DNA of 64,000 nucleotides, from contig JAMPEJ010000004.1 of NCBI GenBank assembly GCA_023665205.1, forward strand, positions 93,112 through 157,111. The letters run 5' to 3'. Made by a program: the position numbers and the translations under genes. The DNA comes from Corallococcus sp. GTDB lineage: Bacteria > Bacillota > Clostridia > Christensenellales > CAG-314. Shown here piece after piece: positions 62,255 through 64,000 of the stretch. The notes beneath the pieces were generated by a model that saw only the letters and a program-made list of their open reading frames with translations, made no database searches and was not told where the DNA came from. The first letter of the stretch is position 1, and each line of letters starts with the position of its first letter.

Positions 62255-62290
62255 AAAAAAAAGGATAGGCGCAAAACGCATCCTATCCTT
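62255..62290 (-). terminator. Rho-independent terminator of hpt (the 5' arm overlaps the stop codon)
   Basis: The minus strand reads AAGGATAGG-atgcgttttgcg-CCTATCCTT followed by T8. Confidence 0.65.
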
Positions 62291-62807
62291 TATTCAATAC
62301 GCATATATCCGAAAGTCCCCTGTACTTTTCGTCGAAATCCATACCGTAACCTACGACGAATTTGTCGTCAATTTCAAAGCCGACGTAATCCACGTCAACT
62401 TCCACCGTTCTACGCACGGGTTTGGAAAGCAACGCCGCGGTTTTGACGCTTTTGGCGCCCTTTGTCGCTAACAACTCCGTCAAAAATTCCACAGTTTTAC
62501 CGCTATCCACTATATCCTCTACTATAAGCACGTCGCGGTTTTTACAATCGGTGCACATATCTTGTCGAAGCACCGGGTTTCCGTTGGAAACCGTGCCTCC
62601 GCCGTAACTGGAAACGGAAAGGAAATCCAATTCGGCATCTGAGCCCAAATTCCGCACAAGATCCGCCAAAAACACCAAACTGCCCTTTAATACGCCAACC
62701 AAAAGAGGGCATTTTCCGTTATAGTCGTGCAAAATTTGCCTCGCGATTTCCTTGACGCGTTGCTCGATTTGTCGGCGTGTAAGCAAAACTTGGCAAATTT
62801 GTTTCAT
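62283..62807 (-). CDS. hpt: Hypoxanthine(-guanine) phosphoribosyltransferase
   Basis: The likely start is ATG 62807 (MKQICQVLLTRRQIEQRV), giving 174 aa. It has the PRPP-binding motif VLIVEDIVDSGKT, plus VGVLKGS and DFLSVSSYG. Confidence 0.85.
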   Translation of the reverse strand: MKQICQVLLTRRQIEQRVKEIARQILHDYNGKCPLLVGVLKGSLVFLADLVRNLGSDAELDFLSVSSYGGGTVSNGNPVLRQDMCTDCKNRDVLIVEDIVDSGKTVEFLTELLATKGAKSVKTAALLSKPVRRTVEVDVDYVGFEIDDKFVVGYGMDFDEKYRGLSDICVLNKG

Positions 62808-62954
62808 AAGTTCCCTAAACGATCTTGTGTCGTAAGCAATTGTTGTGCAAAAGTATTTTTTGTATTTTGCACGCAAATCGCCTGTTTGTCAACCGATTTG
62901 AACCAAATATATAATTTATACCCTTAAAGCGCGTTTTACACAAAGAATTTCCGT

Positions 62955-64000
62955 TTACTCGTCGGTAGATTTTAGCATCTTTAAGTAATACGCGTCGGAC
63001 GCAGCGTCGACCTTTACGCTGTCGGCAATTTCCACGCCGCATACGGCCAAAACGTTGTTTCCGTCTGCAATAAGCAAAAGTTGAGAGCGTAAACGTTGCG
63101 GAATTTTTTTGTCTATCAAATACCTGTTAAGCGGTTTCGTTCCGCCTCCGCCGAATTTTGTAAAAACGTCCCCCTGTCTGCACGTGCGAAAAACTGCGCT
63201 TTTCGGAATTTTGTTTACGTCTATTTGCAAGCAGCCTCGCGTTTTTTGCTTGTCTATTACAACTTTGCCGACCGGCGTATCGGTAAATCCCGTGACAAAA
63301 GAAATTTCAAAACGGTGTTCTTCCGCAACCGTATCTTTTAAGATCGCGACCTTGTCGTAATCGTTTACGGCAACCAGACCGTAGGGAAGAGAAATCTTTT
63401 TACCGCCCACATTGTACGCCAAATTGACTATCGCGTCGTAATGCTGCTTTTCAAAGTCCTGCAAAACGTTTAGTCCAGCAAAAACCTTGCGAAGTACTCT
63501 GTACGCAATGGGTTTGGGTTGAAGCAGCAAATAGGAAGGAATCTCGGCGCTATGTCCCGAAAACCTGACGGCGGAAACGTCCGCCAGACTGTCCAAATAT
63601 GCGTTGTCCTCGGCAATGTTTTCCGCAAAACGCGTAATATTGGACTGCGCGTTTTCATTGATTTGCGCAAGCAAAGGAATAACCTTGTGCCGCAAAAAAT
63701 TGCGCGCGTATTTCACCTCGCCGTTGGTTGCGTCGTACACGTGAGGCACGCCGTGAGCTTTAGCGTAGTTTTCTATGTCCTCGCGCGAAAGATGCAGTAC
63801 CGGACGCAAAAATTTTCCGCTTTCTCTACGTATGCCCTCGCTACCGTTTGCTCCGCTTCCGCGGATAATGTGCATAAGCACCGTTTCCGCATTGTCGCAA
63901 GCATTGTGCGCCGTACATACGTAATCCGCGTCCAACGAATTGAGTACGCCCAAACGCAGCAAACGAGCGCCCGTTTCCTCGGACACTTTCATCGCCTTGC
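62955..64000 (-). CDS. tilS: tRNA(Ile)-lysidine synthetase, C-terminal ~348 codons; the N-terminal PP-loop lies beyond the window end
   Basis: The frame is open to the window edge. It has TAHNACDNAETVLMHIIRGSG and the C-terminal substrate-binding pattern GGGTKPLNRYLIDKKIPQRLR. The classical tilS-hpt gene order is present. Confidence 0.75.
   Translation of the reverse strand, partial: KAMKVSEETGARLLRLGVLNSLDADYVCTAHNACDNAETVLMHIIRGSGANGSEGIRRESGKFLRPVLHLSREDIENYAKAHGVPHVYDATNGEVKYARNFLRHKVIPLLAQINENAQSNITRFAENIAEDNAYLDSLADVSAVRFSGHSAEIPSYLLLQPKPIAYRVLRKVFAGLNVLQDFEKQHYDAIVNLAYNVGGKKISLPYGLVAVNDYDKVAILKDTVAEEHRFEISFVTGFTDTPVGKVVIDKQKTRGCLQIDVNKIPKSAVFRTCRQGDVFTKFGGGGTKPLNRYLIDKKIPQRLRSQLLLIADGNNVLAVCGVEIADSVKVDAASDAYYLKMLKSTDE

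Noticed and set aside
1-64000. Search for CRISPR arrays, transposases or integrases, reverse transcriptases, restriction-modification, toxin-antitoxin or other defence modules
   Set aside because: I found no spaced direct-repeat array and no ORF with the corresponding catalytic motifs. Every ORF above about 140 aa that is not an antisense shadow is accounted for by the metabolic, transport, surface-protein and unassigned membrane/lipoprotein genes listed in the features.

Overview
This 64-kb window is densely coded bacterial chromosome, mostly on the minus strand. It uses the standard genetic code: TGA serves as a stop, and several gene pairs overlap as ATGA. The gene content looks Bacillota-like (tilS-hpt, HydABC, and about ten exported proteins with lipobox signal peptides). 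All family calls come from motif recognition by eye; I could not run any similarity search.

Layout, left to right:
1. 1-22.9 kb: a Gram-positive-style polysaccharide utilisation locus. It holds GH84 (truncated at the window edge and missing from the ORF track), an LRR protein, a phosphohexomutase, a purple-acid-phosphatase-like esterase, two GH16 genes, two large GLUG-motif lipoproteins, a ROK regulator and two CUT1 permeases. A divergent pair encodes a binding protein and a GH94-like phosphorylase.
2. 23-25 kb: an M48 protease and an Asp23-like membrane protein.
3. 25-29 kb: GDP-D-glycero-alpha-D-manno-heptose genes (gmhA, a fused hddC-gmhB, hddA) plus a GT4 transferase.
4. 29.4-31.6 kb: tadA and a GH2 gene.
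5. 31.8-37.8 kb: a Fbp/Afu-type ABC importer and fba.
6. 38.1-39.3 kb: dut, an unexplained structured leader, tRNA-Ser(CGA) and tRNA-end repeats.
7. 39.4-43.5 kb: the trimeric [FeFe] hydrogenase hydCBA.
8. 43.8-47 kb: a NitT/TauT-type ABC system.
9. 47.3-49.1 kb: an MgtC-family gene and an MBG-repeat lipoprotein.
10. 49.2-52.2 kb: two tandem NrnA-like DHH genes and surE.
11. 52.2-60.5 kb: an orphan lipoprotein, an SNase lipoprotein and a sugar-type ABC operon.
12. 60.5-64 kb: two membrane proteins, hpt and a partial tilS.

I found no CRISPR array, transposase, integrase, reverse transcriptase or recognisable defence or toxin-antitoxin module.

The most interesting observations are:
- A prfB-like +1 frameshift configuration (AGGAGG, a short spacer, then CUU UAA C) sits exactly where a 1299-aa GLUG lipoprotein ORF ends. 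GH16 homology with no start codon and no signal peptide continues in the +1 frame.
- A G8 homopolymer lies inside the 15-nt spacer between perfect -35 and -10 hexamers upstream of fba.
- An ABC ATPase carries a roughly 125-aa insertion between the Q-loop and the signature motif.
- A roughly 185-nt rod-like leader lies between a perfect consensus promoter and tRNA-Ser, and the tRNA is flanked by partial copies of itself.
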